Shown: positions 19,312 to 28,417 of the stretch, one piece after another | Numbering within the stretch: position 1 is the stretch's first letter | How the letters are laid out: every line of letters begins with the position of its first letter | Origin: a virus | Direction: 5' to 3' (one strand) | Length of the DNA: 64,000 bases | IMG/VR virus record: IMGVR_UViG_3300025070_000019 | Location: 1 to 64,000 of that record | The notes under the pieces: model-generated | The model's database searches: none | Told to the model about the DNA's origin: nothing | What the model saw: the letters and a program-made list of their open reading frames with translations, nothing else | Position numbers and translations under genes: made by a program

Positions 19312-20403
19312 ATGCAATCTATTACAGAATTAAATATTTTAAACAAAAAACCTACCCTTTATATTTCATATGAAGGGTTAGAAGCAATTAAACACATTGT
19401 CTCTATTGCGCCACAAGAAGCACAATGGTTTCATACTATTGAAGTTGAAAACGAAAACACTTTAGTTTTATCAGATCGTATTTACATACCAGAACAAAAT
19501 ACATCTGCTGCTCAAGTTGATTCTACATCTGAAATGTTAATAAATTTTTATAAAGAATTATCTAAAGAATTTAAAACGGAAGAAGTAAATCACATATTAC
19601 AAAATATGGGATGTTGGTGTCATTCACATCATAACATGGGTGTAAGTCCATCAGGACAAGACGTAAAACAATTCACTGAATTTGTTAAAAGTTCTATTGA
19701 ACAAAATCAAAACACTTGGCAAATCATGTTGATCTTTAATAAAAAAGATCAATTTTATTGTCGAGCATATGATCCTAAAACAGGAATTATTTACGAAGGT
19801 TTAGATTTAGAAATTTATCATACTTATGATTTCGATTATATTGACAAAGCAGCTAAAACTAAATTTAAGAAACCTAAACCTAAATTTAATAGCTATGGAT
19901 TTAAATCTAAAAAGAATCAAACTAAAACTACTTACACTAGCCCTAATTGGTTATATCAATCTTCACAAGAATCATTGTTTCCAGCTACTGTTGATAGCAA
20001 TGGTTATGTGTATCCTTCGAAGATCAATGATTATGCAAATGAAGGTTATTATGATGAGTTAGCAGAACATATTTTAAGTGGGTTTAATCAAAAAACTATT
20101 AAGTTTAATCAAAACAATTTAGATGAATTAGTTTTTCAAATGCAAAATCATTTAGATGATAGAGAATTTTGTTTATTTAGCTATATGTTAGCTAATAATA
20201 AAAAAAGTCTAATTAGATCTTGGTCTTTAAATGAAGGTGATTTCAATATTTTACTTTTACAAGATGCTGAAGATAAATTAAGAACTTTTATGAAAAGCAA
20301 AACCAGAAGTAAAAGATCTCTTATCAGTAAAATGTCTACATTTTTAGACATTTTAGATTTAAAAAATGATGAAGCAATTAAAATAATAAAGGAGTTAAAT
20401 TAA
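19312..20403 (+). CDS. JAB/MPN+ (JAMM) metalloprotease
   Basis: N-terminal Glu (PQEAQW), WCHSHHNMGVSPSGQD = HxH-x7-S-xx-D. Confidence 0.88.
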   Translation: MQSITELNILNKKPTLYISYEGLEAIKHIVSIAPQEAQWFHTIEVENENTLVLSDRIYIPEQNTSAAQVDSTSEMLINFYKELSKEFKTEEVNHILQNMGCWCHSHHNMGVSPSGQDVKQFTEFVKSSIEQNQNTWQIMLIFNKKDQFYCRAYDPKTGIIYEGLDLEIYHTYDFDYIDKAAKTKFKKPKPKFNSYGFKSKKNQTKTTYTSPNWLYQSSQESLFPATVDSNGYVYPSKINDYANEGYYDELAEHILSGFNQKTIKFNQNNLDELVFQMQNHLDDREFCLFSYMLANNKKSLIRSWSLNEGDFNILLLQDAEDKLRTFMKSKTRSKRSLISKMSTFLDILDLKNDEAIKIIKELN

Positions 20404-21092
20404 TGACAGTATCATTTTTACGACATAATTCGTTTTTCGGACCTGAAGATACTGATCAAGCTGTACTTAACATAATTGGTGTTGGTGCAACAGGTTCTTG
20501 GGTTGGTTTATTAGCAGCTAAAATGGGTTGGCACCATTTTAGAGTTTGGGATCTAGACATTGTAGAATCTCATAATTTACCTAATCAGATATATGATTCC
20601 AAACATATAGGAATGAAAAAAGTTGATGCGTTTAAAGAAGTATTATTACGTTTTAATCCTCATTGTATTATTGAAACTAATGATTGTTTTTACACCAGTA
20701 ATACTTTTGCTTCTTCTATGGAAGGTGCAGTTTTTATTGCAGTCGATTCACTCAAAGCAAGAAAAGACATCATGACTGGTTTGAAATCAAATCCTATGGT
20801 GGATTTGATTCTTGAAACTAAAATGGGTTTTACACATGCTGAGATGAATTTTATTGACCCATTAGATGTAAATTTTATTGACAACTACTTATCTATGCTT
20901 AAAAATGATGACGAAGTAGAAGAAAGTGCTTGTAATGCACGTATCATTACTACACTTACTAATATTGTTAGTAGCACACTTGTTCATGAACTTTGTAACT
21001 TCTACAAAAAGTACAATTCAGAAGAAGATACTAAAAAATCTTTTAAAACTATTTTTAACATTGAAAACTGTTTATCAGTTTATCATACATAA
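20403..21092 (+). CDS. ThiF/MoeB/E1-like Ubl-activating enzyme
   Basis: IIGVGATGS, D.DIVESHNLPNQ, GMKKVDA, AVDS..AR, candidate catalytic Cys in ESACN. Confidence 0.92.
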   Translation: MTVSFLRHNSFFGPEDTDQAVLNIIGVGATGSWVGLLAAKMGWHHFRVWDLDIVESHNLPNQIYDSKHIGMKKVDAFKEVLLRFNPHCIIETNDCFYTSNTFASSMEGAVFIAVDSLKARKDIMTGLKSNPMVDLILETKMGFTHAEMNFIDPLDVNFIDNYLSMLKNDDEVEESACNARIITTLTNIVSSTLVHELCNFYKKYNSEEDTKKSFKTIFNIENCLSVYHT

Positions 21093-21106
21093 ATCTAAGG
21101 ATTATT

Positions 21107-21295
21107 ATGTCAAAAGAAAAATTACAATCTATTATTAATTTACTAACTTCATCTCTAGAAGATGCAACAAAGTTTGATGCAGGAAATGATGCTGCAGGTA
21201 AACGTATTCGTAAGGATTGTCAAGATGCTAAAGCACTTTTACAAGAACTTAGAGTTGAAGTACAAGAAGAAAGAAATAATCGAAAAGCTAAGTAG
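21107..21295 (+). CDS. histone H1-like Hc1 family protein
   Basis: DATKFDAGNDAAGKRIRK...L.ELR. Confidence 0.8.
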   Translation: MSKEKLQSIINLLTSSLEDATKFDAGNDAAGKRIRKDCQDAKALLQELRVEVQEERNNRKAK

Positions 21296-21321
21296 ATTAT
21301 TTCTAAACAAAAAACATTTTA

Positions 21322-21350
21322 AAAAGGGAGGCATTTAGCCTCCTTTTTTA
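21322..21350 (+). terminator. intrinsic terminator
   Basis: GGAGGC-attta-GCCTCC followed by T tract, preceded by A tract. Confidence 0.8.
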
Positions 21351-21365
21351 TTTTAAGGAGACTAA

Positions 21366-21656
21366 ATGTACATTTACCGTTTAATGCAAGGCGATACTAC
21401 TAAAGACGCTTTTTTAAAAATGTTAGCTAAAGAAAAAGAATGGTCAGAATATACTAATGAACCATCTTTATTTATTAAATATAAACGTTATCAAGTTTTA
21501 GATACTAATAAACATTTTGATAAAATGGAGGATGAAAATGTAATTCATAAATATTTAAAAGAAAAAAATTTATCTAAAAACTGCTGTGGAGTATTTGTAC
21601 TACATGGCAACCAATTTCAATTCCTATGTCCTGATGACATTGAATACGAATATTAA
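21366..21656 (+). CDS. hypothetical protein
   Basis: AAGGAG RBS. Confidence 0.7.
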   Translation: MYIYRLMQGDTTKDAFLKMLAKEKEWSEYTNEPSLFIKYKRYQVLDTNKHFDKMEDENVIHKYLKEKNLSKNCCGVFVLHGNQFQFLCPDDIEYEY

Positions 21657-21731
21657 CTTCGCTTAATTTTAAGCAAAATTTATTAAATAAACTGTATTTA
21701 CATACAAAAACAAAAAGAAGGAAAAAATCCT

Positions 21732-22238
21732 ATGGATATCACTCTTATCGTAATTCCTGGTCCTGGTGTTCGCACTGTAACTCTTAACGAAAATACAACT
21801 GTAGAGCAACTTGTTACGCAAGAAAATTTACATGGTCGTGACATCATTATTGATGGTGTTGGTGTTTCTCCTGCTAACTATCAAACAACTAACATTACTG
21901 CTAATAGCGAAGTATTTGCTACTGGTAGTGTGAAAGGGAATATGTCTAATTTAACTTTAATCGTAATTCCTGGTCCTGGTGTTCGCACTCTTAGTATCAC
22001 TAATAGTATGACTGTAGAACAACTTATTACGCAAGAAAATTTACATGGTCGTGATATTATTATTGACGGTGTTGGTATCTCACCAACTAATTATCAAACA
22101 ACTACATTAACTAGTGGTAGCGAAGTATTTGCTACTGGTAGTGTAAAAGGGAATGGTGATCGTCCTGCAAACGGTCCATCACAAACAGGTCGTCCTAGTG
22201 GTGGTGGACGCGGTAACAATCCACCTCGTGGAAAGTAA
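21732..22238 (+). CDS. tandem ubiquitin-like (beta-grasp) precursor: 2 x ~70 aa units + 27 aa tail
   Basis: Units 21732-21941 and 21942-22154 both end SEVFATGSVKGN; beta-beta-alpha-beta-beta pattern; near E1/JAB/E2. Confidence 0.8.
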   Translation: MDITLIVIPGPGVRTVTLNENTTVEQLVTQENLHGRDIIIDGVGVSPANYQTTNITANSEVFATGSVKGNMSNLTLIVIPGPGVRTLSITNSMTVEQLITQENLHGRDIIIDGVGISPTNYQTTTLTSGSEVFATGSVKGNGDRPANGPSQTGRPSGGGRGNNPPRGK

Positions 22239-22330
22239 TTAATTTCAAGTTAAAATAAAAACTATGTATTAGTTATGTATTTGATTAAAAACATCGATTA
22301 ATACTTAAAAAAAACGAAAAAGAAATGAAC

Positions 22331-22360
22331 TTGTGACTAAATAAAAAACTTAAGTATAGT
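22331..22360 (+). promoter_or_regulatory. candidate sigma70-like promoter TTGTGA-N18-TATAGT
   Basis: Intergenic upstream of phoH; similar TTGTGA-N18-TATGAT at 25668-25697. Confidence 0.35.
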
Positions 22361-22395
22361 TATAGTATCTTCTATTCTATACTAAAGGATTAGTT

Positions 22396-23298
22396 ATGAA
22401 AGATATATTCGAACCAGTAAAACTAACTGTTTCAGATTCATTTATTGATAACTTGTTTATTGAAAAAACAAACGAATTAAAAAGTATACATAAAAAGTTC
22501 CACTATGAAAGTGGGACTTTTTTAGTTTTACAAAGTGAAAAGAAAAAGAACAAGAAAGCATTAGCTTATGTAACTGTAGATGAATTAAAATTAATTGACC
22601 CTAAATTAGCATATGGTTCTATAAGTCCTAAAGACTCTAAACAACTTATGTTTGCCGCTGCTATGCAAGAAATAGATTTTAGTGTAATTGTTTGTTTTGG
22701 TGCTGCTGGAACAGGCAAAACTACATTAGCTATAGCAAAAGCAATACAAGATTATTTTACACATAAAAAGAAAATCTATTTAACAAAACCTACACATATG
22801 GTACAATCACATACGAATCAGGTGTTTGGACCTGTACCTGGCGATGTAGATGAAAAATATACACCATATATAAAGAGTTTTGAAATAGTATTGAAAAAGA
22901 TTTTAGGAAACGAAAGTAAACACTATTTAGATATGATGAAAAAACGAAAAGATCTTGAATTTGTACCTGTTGAATATACAAGAGGATGCACGTATGAAGA
23001 CTGTACTTTTATTATAGATGAAGTACAAAATATGACATGGCACGAATTAAAAACTACTATGAGTAGAATAGGTGAAAATAGTCAATTGTTACTATTAGGT
23101 GATTTAAATCAAATTGACGCAGATTTTGGTTTAAAAGATTCAGGAATATATCAATTAATAACTTCTCAAACTTTTGACGAATCAGATATTACTTCTACTA
23201 TAAAGCTTACTAAGCAATATAGAGGACCTATACCTGATTTAGTCTATCATGTAGATAAAGAACAGAAAGGAACTCATGAATTATCCAACGAGTTTTAA
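22396..23298 (+). CDS. phoH: PhoH family ATPase
   Basis: GAAGTGKT, GPVPGD..EK..PY, RG.T, IIDEVQN, SRIGE, GD..QID. Confidence 0.93.
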   Translation: MKDIFEPVKLTVSDSFIDNLFIEKTNELKSIHKKFHYESGTFLVLQSEKKKNKKALAYVTVDELKLIDPKLAYGSISPKDSKQLMFAAAMQEIDFSVIVCFGAAGTGKTTLAIAKAIQDYFTHKKKIYLTKPTHMVQSHTNQVFGPVPGDVDEKYTPYIKSFEIVLKKILGNESKHYLDMMKKRKDLEFVPVEYTRGCTYEDCTFIIDEVQNMTWHELKTTMSRIGENSQLLLLGDLNQIDADFGLKDSGIYQLITSQTFDESDITSTIKLTKQYRGPIPDLVYHVDKEQKGTHELSNEF

Positions 23299-23701
23299 TG
23301 TTTATAAAAAAACTGCAGCGGCTCAATTCACATTATTGATCCCACGCAGAGATGAAAATGGTCGTATACAAAAGCCAGGTGCCATTCTTTTAGAGATGGC
23401 ACCTTCTAAAGGTGACAAAGCATATGATTGGAATTCTAAAATTTATTTTGCGTTTGGTTTAAATGACTTAACGCAATTTTTTGACGACCCATACTCTGAT
23501 AAATGGGGTAGCTTTTTTCACAAAAATGGTGACACTAATAAAAAATTACAAATTAGTCATGGTGAAGGTCGTTATGAAGGAACATATACAATGAATCTTT
23601 ATTCTGGAGATCAACGTATTATGATTTCTTTAACAGGTGGTGAGTTTACTGTCTTAAGTAAATTATTTGCTAGTGCATTACCTAAGTTAATAGGTTGGTA
23701 A
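23276..23701 (+). CDS. Whirly-like ssDNA-binding protein
   Basis: VYKKTAA, G.ILLEMAP..G...YDW..K..F, FFH, EFTVL..LF..ALP.LIGW. Confidence 0.75.
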   Translation: MNYPTSFNVYKKTAAAQFTLLIPRRDENGRIQKPGAILLEMAPSKGDKAYDWNSKIYFAFGLNDLTQFFDDPYSDKWGSFFHKNGDTNKKLQISHGEGRYEGTYTMNLYSGDQRIMISLTGGEFTVLSKLFASALPKLIGW

Positions 23702-23702
23702 T

Positions 23703-23975
23703 GTGTTTCAAATAAGAACAAAAGACAATAAACTTCTCACAGTTTCTAAGGAACAAGCATTTGAAGAGATATTAGAAGCAGCAATGAAACAAAACGAAAA
23801 TAAAAAACTTGAGTCTTTAGATGAATTTATTGAAATTGTTTTTGCTAAATTAAAATCTCATATGCTTGATGCGAATAATAAACAATTATATGGGATTTAT
23901 TTTTTAGCTGGTTATTATTATCGTATCTTTTTAGAGAAAAATAATGTCGAAATTAGTAAAGAAAAATCAAATTAA
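23703..23975 (+). CDS. hypothetical protein
   Basis: ORF in operon. Confidence 0.55.
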   Translation: MFQIRTKDNKLLTVSKEQAFEEILEAAMKQNENKKLESLDEFIEIVFAKLKSHMLDANNKQLYGIYFLAGYYYRIFLEKNNVEISKEKSN

Positions 23976-24085
23976 AAAACAAGATGAAATTGTTATCAAT
24001 TTCTTATCAGATATAATTGTATATTTATATTTTAAATTAAAAAAGAAATTAAACGAACCTAAAGTAAAACAAAGAAAGGAAAAAA

Positions 24086-24520
24086 ATGTTTAATTACTCA
24101 TTTAATATTCGTCGCTTAAATAGTGGATCAGCACTTAAAGCATTCGTTACACTCATCATTGATGATGTAATGTCTATTGAAGGATTTAAAATTGTCAATG
24201 GTAGAAATGGACTGTTTGTTTCTGTACCCTCTCATAAAGGCACTGTAACTGAAGAAGGACAACAAGTTGAAAAGTATTTTGATGATGTTCGTTTTCTAGG
24301 AGACAATGGCATTGAAGTTGGCAATGAAATTAAAAACGCTATGCTTGATGCTTATAATAATCAAAGCAGTTCTTCCTCCCAACAAGGTGGTCAAACTTGG
24401 GGTAGTAAAGCAAATAGCAGCCAGCAAAGAGCTGACTCTGCACAAGCTAATACTCAAGCTATGAGTAAACCTGCTAACAAGAACAAAGGTAAAAGACGTG
24501 CTCTTTGGGATGATACATGA
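24086..24520 (+). CDS. spoVG: SpoVG family nucleic-acid-binding protein
   Basis: LKAFVTLIIDD...I.GFKIVNGRNGLFVSVPS.K...YFD; low-complexity C-terminal tail. Confidence 0.88.
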   Translation: MFNYSFNIRRLNSGSALKAFVTLIIDDVMSIEGFKIVNGRNGLFVSVPSHKGTVTEEGQQVEKYFDDVRFLGDNGIEVGNEIKNAMLDAYNNQSSSSSQQGGQTWGSKANSSQQRADSAQANTQAMSKPANKNKGKRRALWDDT

Positions 24521-25059
24521 AAGAAATTCATGTAGAAAAAGTTGCTGCAGATGACGTATTAGACCCTTTAAAAGAAGGTGCAGAACTCTATACTAACTTG
24601 ACTGAAAATTTTATTAGTGAATTTGTTTTTTATGATAAAACTTTATATGACTGGGCAACAGATTTAATGATCAAGATACCTTCTAATAGAGATCTTGATC
24701 TTGTGTCTTTTCGTGAATGTTTGTTAAAGTTAAGTAAAAATATACAGATTGCATCCAATTATTATTCATTAGCTAGCAGTATGGTAGATGCTATTGGTGG
24801 TGGCAACAGTATTAAAAAAAGTGATTTAATTAATATTATTGTCAATAATTATCAAGTTAAAGGTGCTAAACGTCCTGCTGCAAGTGTCATCGAATCAATG
24901 GCAGAATCTTATTTATCAAATACTACTAGTGCAGAAAAAGCAGCTAAAATTGTAAAATCTTTTTGGAAACAAAGACTTGATACACTTTTAGATCTACGTA
25001 AAGTGTTTGAGCAAATAGGTATGTCATTATCTGTAGAAATTAAATTTACTTCAACATAA
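24517..25059 (+). CDS. hypothetical helical protein
   Basis: ATGA-coupled ORF. Confidence 0.65.
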   Translation: MKEIHVEKVAADDVLDPLKEGAELYTNLTENFISEFVFYDKTLYDWATDLMIKIPSNRDLDLVSFRECLLKLSKNIQIASNYYSLASSMVDAIGGGNSIKKSDLINIIVNNYQVKGAKRPAASVIESMAESYLSNTTSAEKAAKIVKSFWKQRLDTLLDLRKVFEQIGMSLSVEIKFTST

Positions 25060-25070
25060 CAGGGAAGAAC

Positions 25071-25418
25071 ATGTCTTTAGATTGTGTCTGGGTTTTACCA
25101 GAAAATATAAAGCCTCCTGAAAATTTTAAATTTTTAAATATTAAAAGATCTTTTTATTATGCAACTAACATTCTAGCATTCAAAGGCGATACGTATTCTG
25201 AATGGCTAGAATTGAAGTTAGGCTACACATTGTACGAAGAACTTAAAAAAAAAGAAAAAATAATTGAAATTAATAATGAATTACAAAAATTATTAACTAA
25301 TGAATTTGAAATTTTCAAAGGAGAAATAGATGAATTGTCTATAAAAGAACAAAAAGATTTTATTTTTATGTGGAATGAAGTTTCTAAACAAAAAGCTTCA
25401 TTAGTTGGGTGGTGGTAA
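25071..25418 (+). CDS. hypothetical protein
   Basis: ORF in operon. Confidence 0.6.
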   Translation: MSLDCVWVLPENIKPPENFKFLNIKRSFYYATNILAFKGDTYSEWLELKLGYTLYEELKKKEKIIEINNELQKLLTNEFEIFKGEIDELSIKEQKDFIFMWNEVSKQKASLVGWW

Positions 25419-25664
25419 ATGATTGATGGAATTGTTTTAGGTGTATTTACTTGGATTAGTTTTGTTTTATCATTTATGCATTTTCCAACTTTAGTTAAAA
25501 GATTTTTACTTAAGAACTTTTTCTTGACAGATATTTCATCAGTTGTAATATCATTTATACTTTTAACAAATATCAGCAAGTCAATTACTTCTGTTATTGC
25601 TTCAATGCTGTGTGGATTGTTGGTTAACCTAACGTTAATCCTTCACAGAGAGTTTATTGCTTAA
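25419..25664 (+). CDS. small multi-TM membrane protein
   Basis: Three hydrophobic segments. Confidence 0.65.
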   Translation: MIDGIVLGVFTWISFVLSFMHFPTLVKRFLLKNFFLTDISSVVISFILLTNISKSITSVIASMLCGLLVNLTLILHREFIA

Positions 25665-25698
25665 GACTTGTGATTTAAAATGAAGTATATTTATGATT

Positions 25699-25728
25699 AA
25701 AGATCCCCCTAAAAGGGATCTTTTTTTA
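25699..25728 (+). terminator. intrinsic terminator
   Basis: AAGATCCC-cctaaaa-GGGATCTT followed by T tract. Confidence 0.75.
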
Positions 25729-25750
25729 TATTTAGTCATAGGAAATTGTT

Positions 25751-27436
25751 ATGGAATTTACAAAACATTCAAAAAAACTACTAGAAAACTACTATTTAAA
25801 TAAAGACGAAACCCCACAACAAGGATTTAAACGAGCTGCTTTTACTTATACTAACAACAAAGAATTAGCTCAACGTATATATGAATATGCATGTAAAGGT
25901 TGGTTTATGTTTTCATCACCAATACTTTCTAATGCAGGTAAAACAGGAATGCCTATATCATGCTTTCTTTCATATGTACCTGATACTGTAGATGGTCTCA
26001 TTAAACATTCAGAAGAATTGCGTTGGATGAGTGTTATGGGTGGTGGAGTTGGTGGACATTGGGATCATGTCAGAAGTGTATCTGACAAAGCTCCTGGCCC
26101 TATACCATTTCTTAAAACTGTAGATTCAGATATGGTTGCATATAGACAAGGTAAAACTCGTAAAGGTTCTTATGCAGCATATATAGATGTTTCCCATCCT
26201 GATATTATAGAATTTCTTAATATAAGAATGCCTACAGGTGGTGATACAAATAGAAAATGCTATAATCTTAATAATGCAATCAATATAACTAATAAATTTA
26301 TGAATGCTGTAGTTTCTAACAATCATTGGGAACTGATTGACCCATCAGATCAATCAGTTCGTACTGTTTTAAAAGCAAGAGAACTGTGGCAACGTATAAT
26401 TGAGGTTCGCTTTAGAACAGGCGAACCTTATTTAAATTTCATTGACGAAGCTAATAAACATTTACCTCAATCTCTGAAAAAGAAAGGATTAAGAATTCAT
26501 GGATCTAACTTATGCAATGAAATACACCTTCCCACATCAAATGATAGGTCTGCAGTTTGCTGCTTATCATCTTTAAATGTAGAGTATTTTGATGATTGGA
26601 AAGATACTAATATAGTTCAAGATCTAATAGAGTATTTAGACGATGTATTGCAATATTTTATAAACAATGCACCTAATCAACTTAATAAAGCTATTTATTC
26701 TGCTATACATGAAAGATCATTAGGCTTAGGCACTATGGGTTTTCATGCTTATTTACAAAGAAACAATTTACCTTTTGAATCAGTTTATGCTGTATCTGCT
26801 AATCGTAAAATATATTCTACTATTAAACAAAAAGCAGTAGAGTCTACTAAACGTTTAGGTATAGAAAAAGGTGAATACTTAGATGGTATTGGCTACGGAA
26901 GAAGGAATAGTCATTTATTAGCTATTGCTCCTAATGCTAATTCTGCAATAATACTTAATACAAGCCCTAGTATTGAACCTTGGAAATCCAATGCTTTTAC
27001 ATATAGAACAAGAGCAGGTAGCTTCTTACAAAAGAATAAATATTTATTTGAATTATTAGAAACTAAAATAAAAACTCCAGAAGAATTACAAGAAATAGAA
27101 CGTTCTATTATCCTTACTGAAGGTTCAGTAAAACACTTAGAATGTTTGACTGATTGGGAAAAAGATATATTTAAAACAGCGTTTGAAATTGACCAGAAAT
27201 GGATAATCGAACATGCTTCTGTAAGACAAGAATGGATCTGTCAAGGTCAATCTGTTAATCTCTTTTTTCCTGCTGGCACTAGTGCTGATTATGTAAATGC
27301 AATACATCTTTTAGCTTGGAAAAAAAATCTAAAAGGTTTGTATTATTTACGAACAAATGCAGGTGTAGTGGCAGAAAAAGTAAGTCAAAAAATTCCACAG
27401 TATAATCAGGAGGAATGTTTATCATGTCAGGGTTAA
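25751..27436 (+). CDS. nrdA: class I ribonucleotide reductase alpha subunit
   Basis: PISCF, GGGVG, RKGSYAAY, GSNLCNEI, AIAPNANS, QGQSVN, LYYLR, C-terminal CLSCQG. Confidence 0.96.
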   Translation: MEFTKHSKKLLENYYLNKDETPQQGFKRAAFTYTNNKELAQRIYEYACKGWFMFSSPILSNAGKTGMPISCFLSYVPDTVDGLIKHSEELRWMSVMGGGVGGHWDHVRSVSDKAPGPIPFLKTVDSDMVAYRQGKTRKGSYAAYIDVSHPDIIEFLNIRMPTGGDTNRKCYNLNNAINITNKFMNAVVSNNHWELIDPSDQSVRTVLKARELWQRIIEVRFRTGEPYLNFIDEANKHLPQSLKKKGLRIHGSNLCNEIHLPTSNDRSAVCCLSSLNVEYFDDWKDTNIVQDLIEYLDDVLQYFINNAPNQLNKAIYSAIHERSLGLGTMGFHAYLQRNNLPFESVYAVSANRKIYSTIKQKAVESTKRLGIEKGEYLDGIGYGRRNSHLLAIAPNANSAIILNTSPSIEPWKSNAFTYRTRAGSFLQKNKYLFELLETKIKTPEELQEIERSIILTEGSVKHLECLTDWEKDIFKTAFEIDQKWIIEHASVRQEWICQGQSVNLFFPAGTSADYVNAIHLLAWKKNLKGLYYLRTNAGVVAEKVSQKIPQYNQEECLSCQG

Positions 27437-28416
27437 CATCTTATAGTCTTACATATAAACCATTTAAATATCCTTGGGCTATGCAAATAGCAGAAGAACA
27501 TGAACAAATCCATTGGGGTACATGGGAAGCAAAGCTTCAAGAAGATGTAAACCAATGGAAGAATAATCAAATATCTGAATTAGAAAAACAACACATTACA
27601 CAAATTTTACGTATTTTTACTCAATCAGATGTAGCAGTAGGTGGCAACTATTGTGATATCTTTATTAAAGAGTTTAAAAATAATGAAATAAGAAATATGC
27701 TTTTGTCATTTGCTAATCGTGAAGGTACTCATCAAAGAGCTTATGCTTTGTTAAATGACACTTTAGGTTTACCTGAAAGAGAATACTCTTCATTTCTTGA
27801 CTATAAAGAAATGAAAGAGAAAATCGAATTCATGATAGAGTCTACAGTTGTTATCAAAAATAAAAAACAAAAGCTTTTGTTTGAGTTAGCTAGATCTGTC
27901 TGTAATGAAGGTATGTCTTTGTTTTCAGCATTTGTAATGCTTTTAAATTACCAACGTTTTGGTAAGATGAAAGGTATGTGCGAAATTGTTGAATGGAGCA
28001 TAAGGGATGAAAGTACACATGTAAATGGTATGACAAAACTATTTCATGAATATTTAAAAGAAAATCCTGAGTTACTAGATGACAATCTAAAAGCATATAT
28101 CTATAGTAATTATGCAATGGCTGTTACTTTAGAAGATGCTTTAGTTAATTTAGTATATAGGGGTGAGAAGCTAAATGAATTAGATCCTGCATTAATTAAA
28201 AGATATGTTAGATATCTTGCTGACAGAAGGTTATTGCAATTAGGATTTAAACCACTATTTGAAGAAAAAACTAATCCATTACCTTGGTTGGATTGGGTTG
28301 TATCTGGAGATTCATTTAAAAACTTTTTTGAAGGTACAGTTACAGATTACAATGCATCAGGTATGATTGGTGATTTTGATGATAATTTATATTTACAATT
28401 TTTAGAAAGGAATTGA
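27415..28416 (+). CDS. nrdB: class I ribonucleotide reductase beta subunit (probable start 27424)
   Basis: YKPFKYPWA, FTQSDV, REGTHQRAY, EGMSLFSAF, RDESTH, NFFE..VTDY. Confidence 0.96.
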   Translation: MFIMSGLTSYSLTYKPFKYPWAMQIAEEHEQIHWGTWEAKLQEDVNQWKNNQISELEKQHITQILRIFTQSDVAVGGNYCDIFIKEFKNNEIRNMLLSFANREGTHQRAYALLNDTLGLPEREYSSFLDYKEMKEKIEFMIESTVVIKNKKQKLLFELARSVCNEGMSLFSAFVMLLNYQRFGKMKGMCEIVEWSIRDESTHVNGMTKLFHEYLKENPELLDDNLKAYIYSNYAMAVTLEDALVNLVYRGEKLNELDPALIKRYVRYLADRRLLQLGFKPLFEEKTNPLPWLDWVVSGDSFKNFFEGTVTDYNASGMIGDFDDNLYLQFLERN

Positions 28417-28417
28417 T

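Noticed and set aside
14891-21092. Canonical type II CBASS operon
   Set aside because: The NTase ends NENLLF with no Gly/Ala conjugation tail, E1 and E2 are separate genes, a dedicated Ubl exists, and no CBASS effector is adjacent
20403-22238. ThiF/ThiS or MoeB/MoaD sulfur-carrier pathway
   Set aside because: No thiamine, Moco or thiolation genes in the window; an E2-like gene is present; the Ubl ends KG-N rather than GG; not fully excluded without assay
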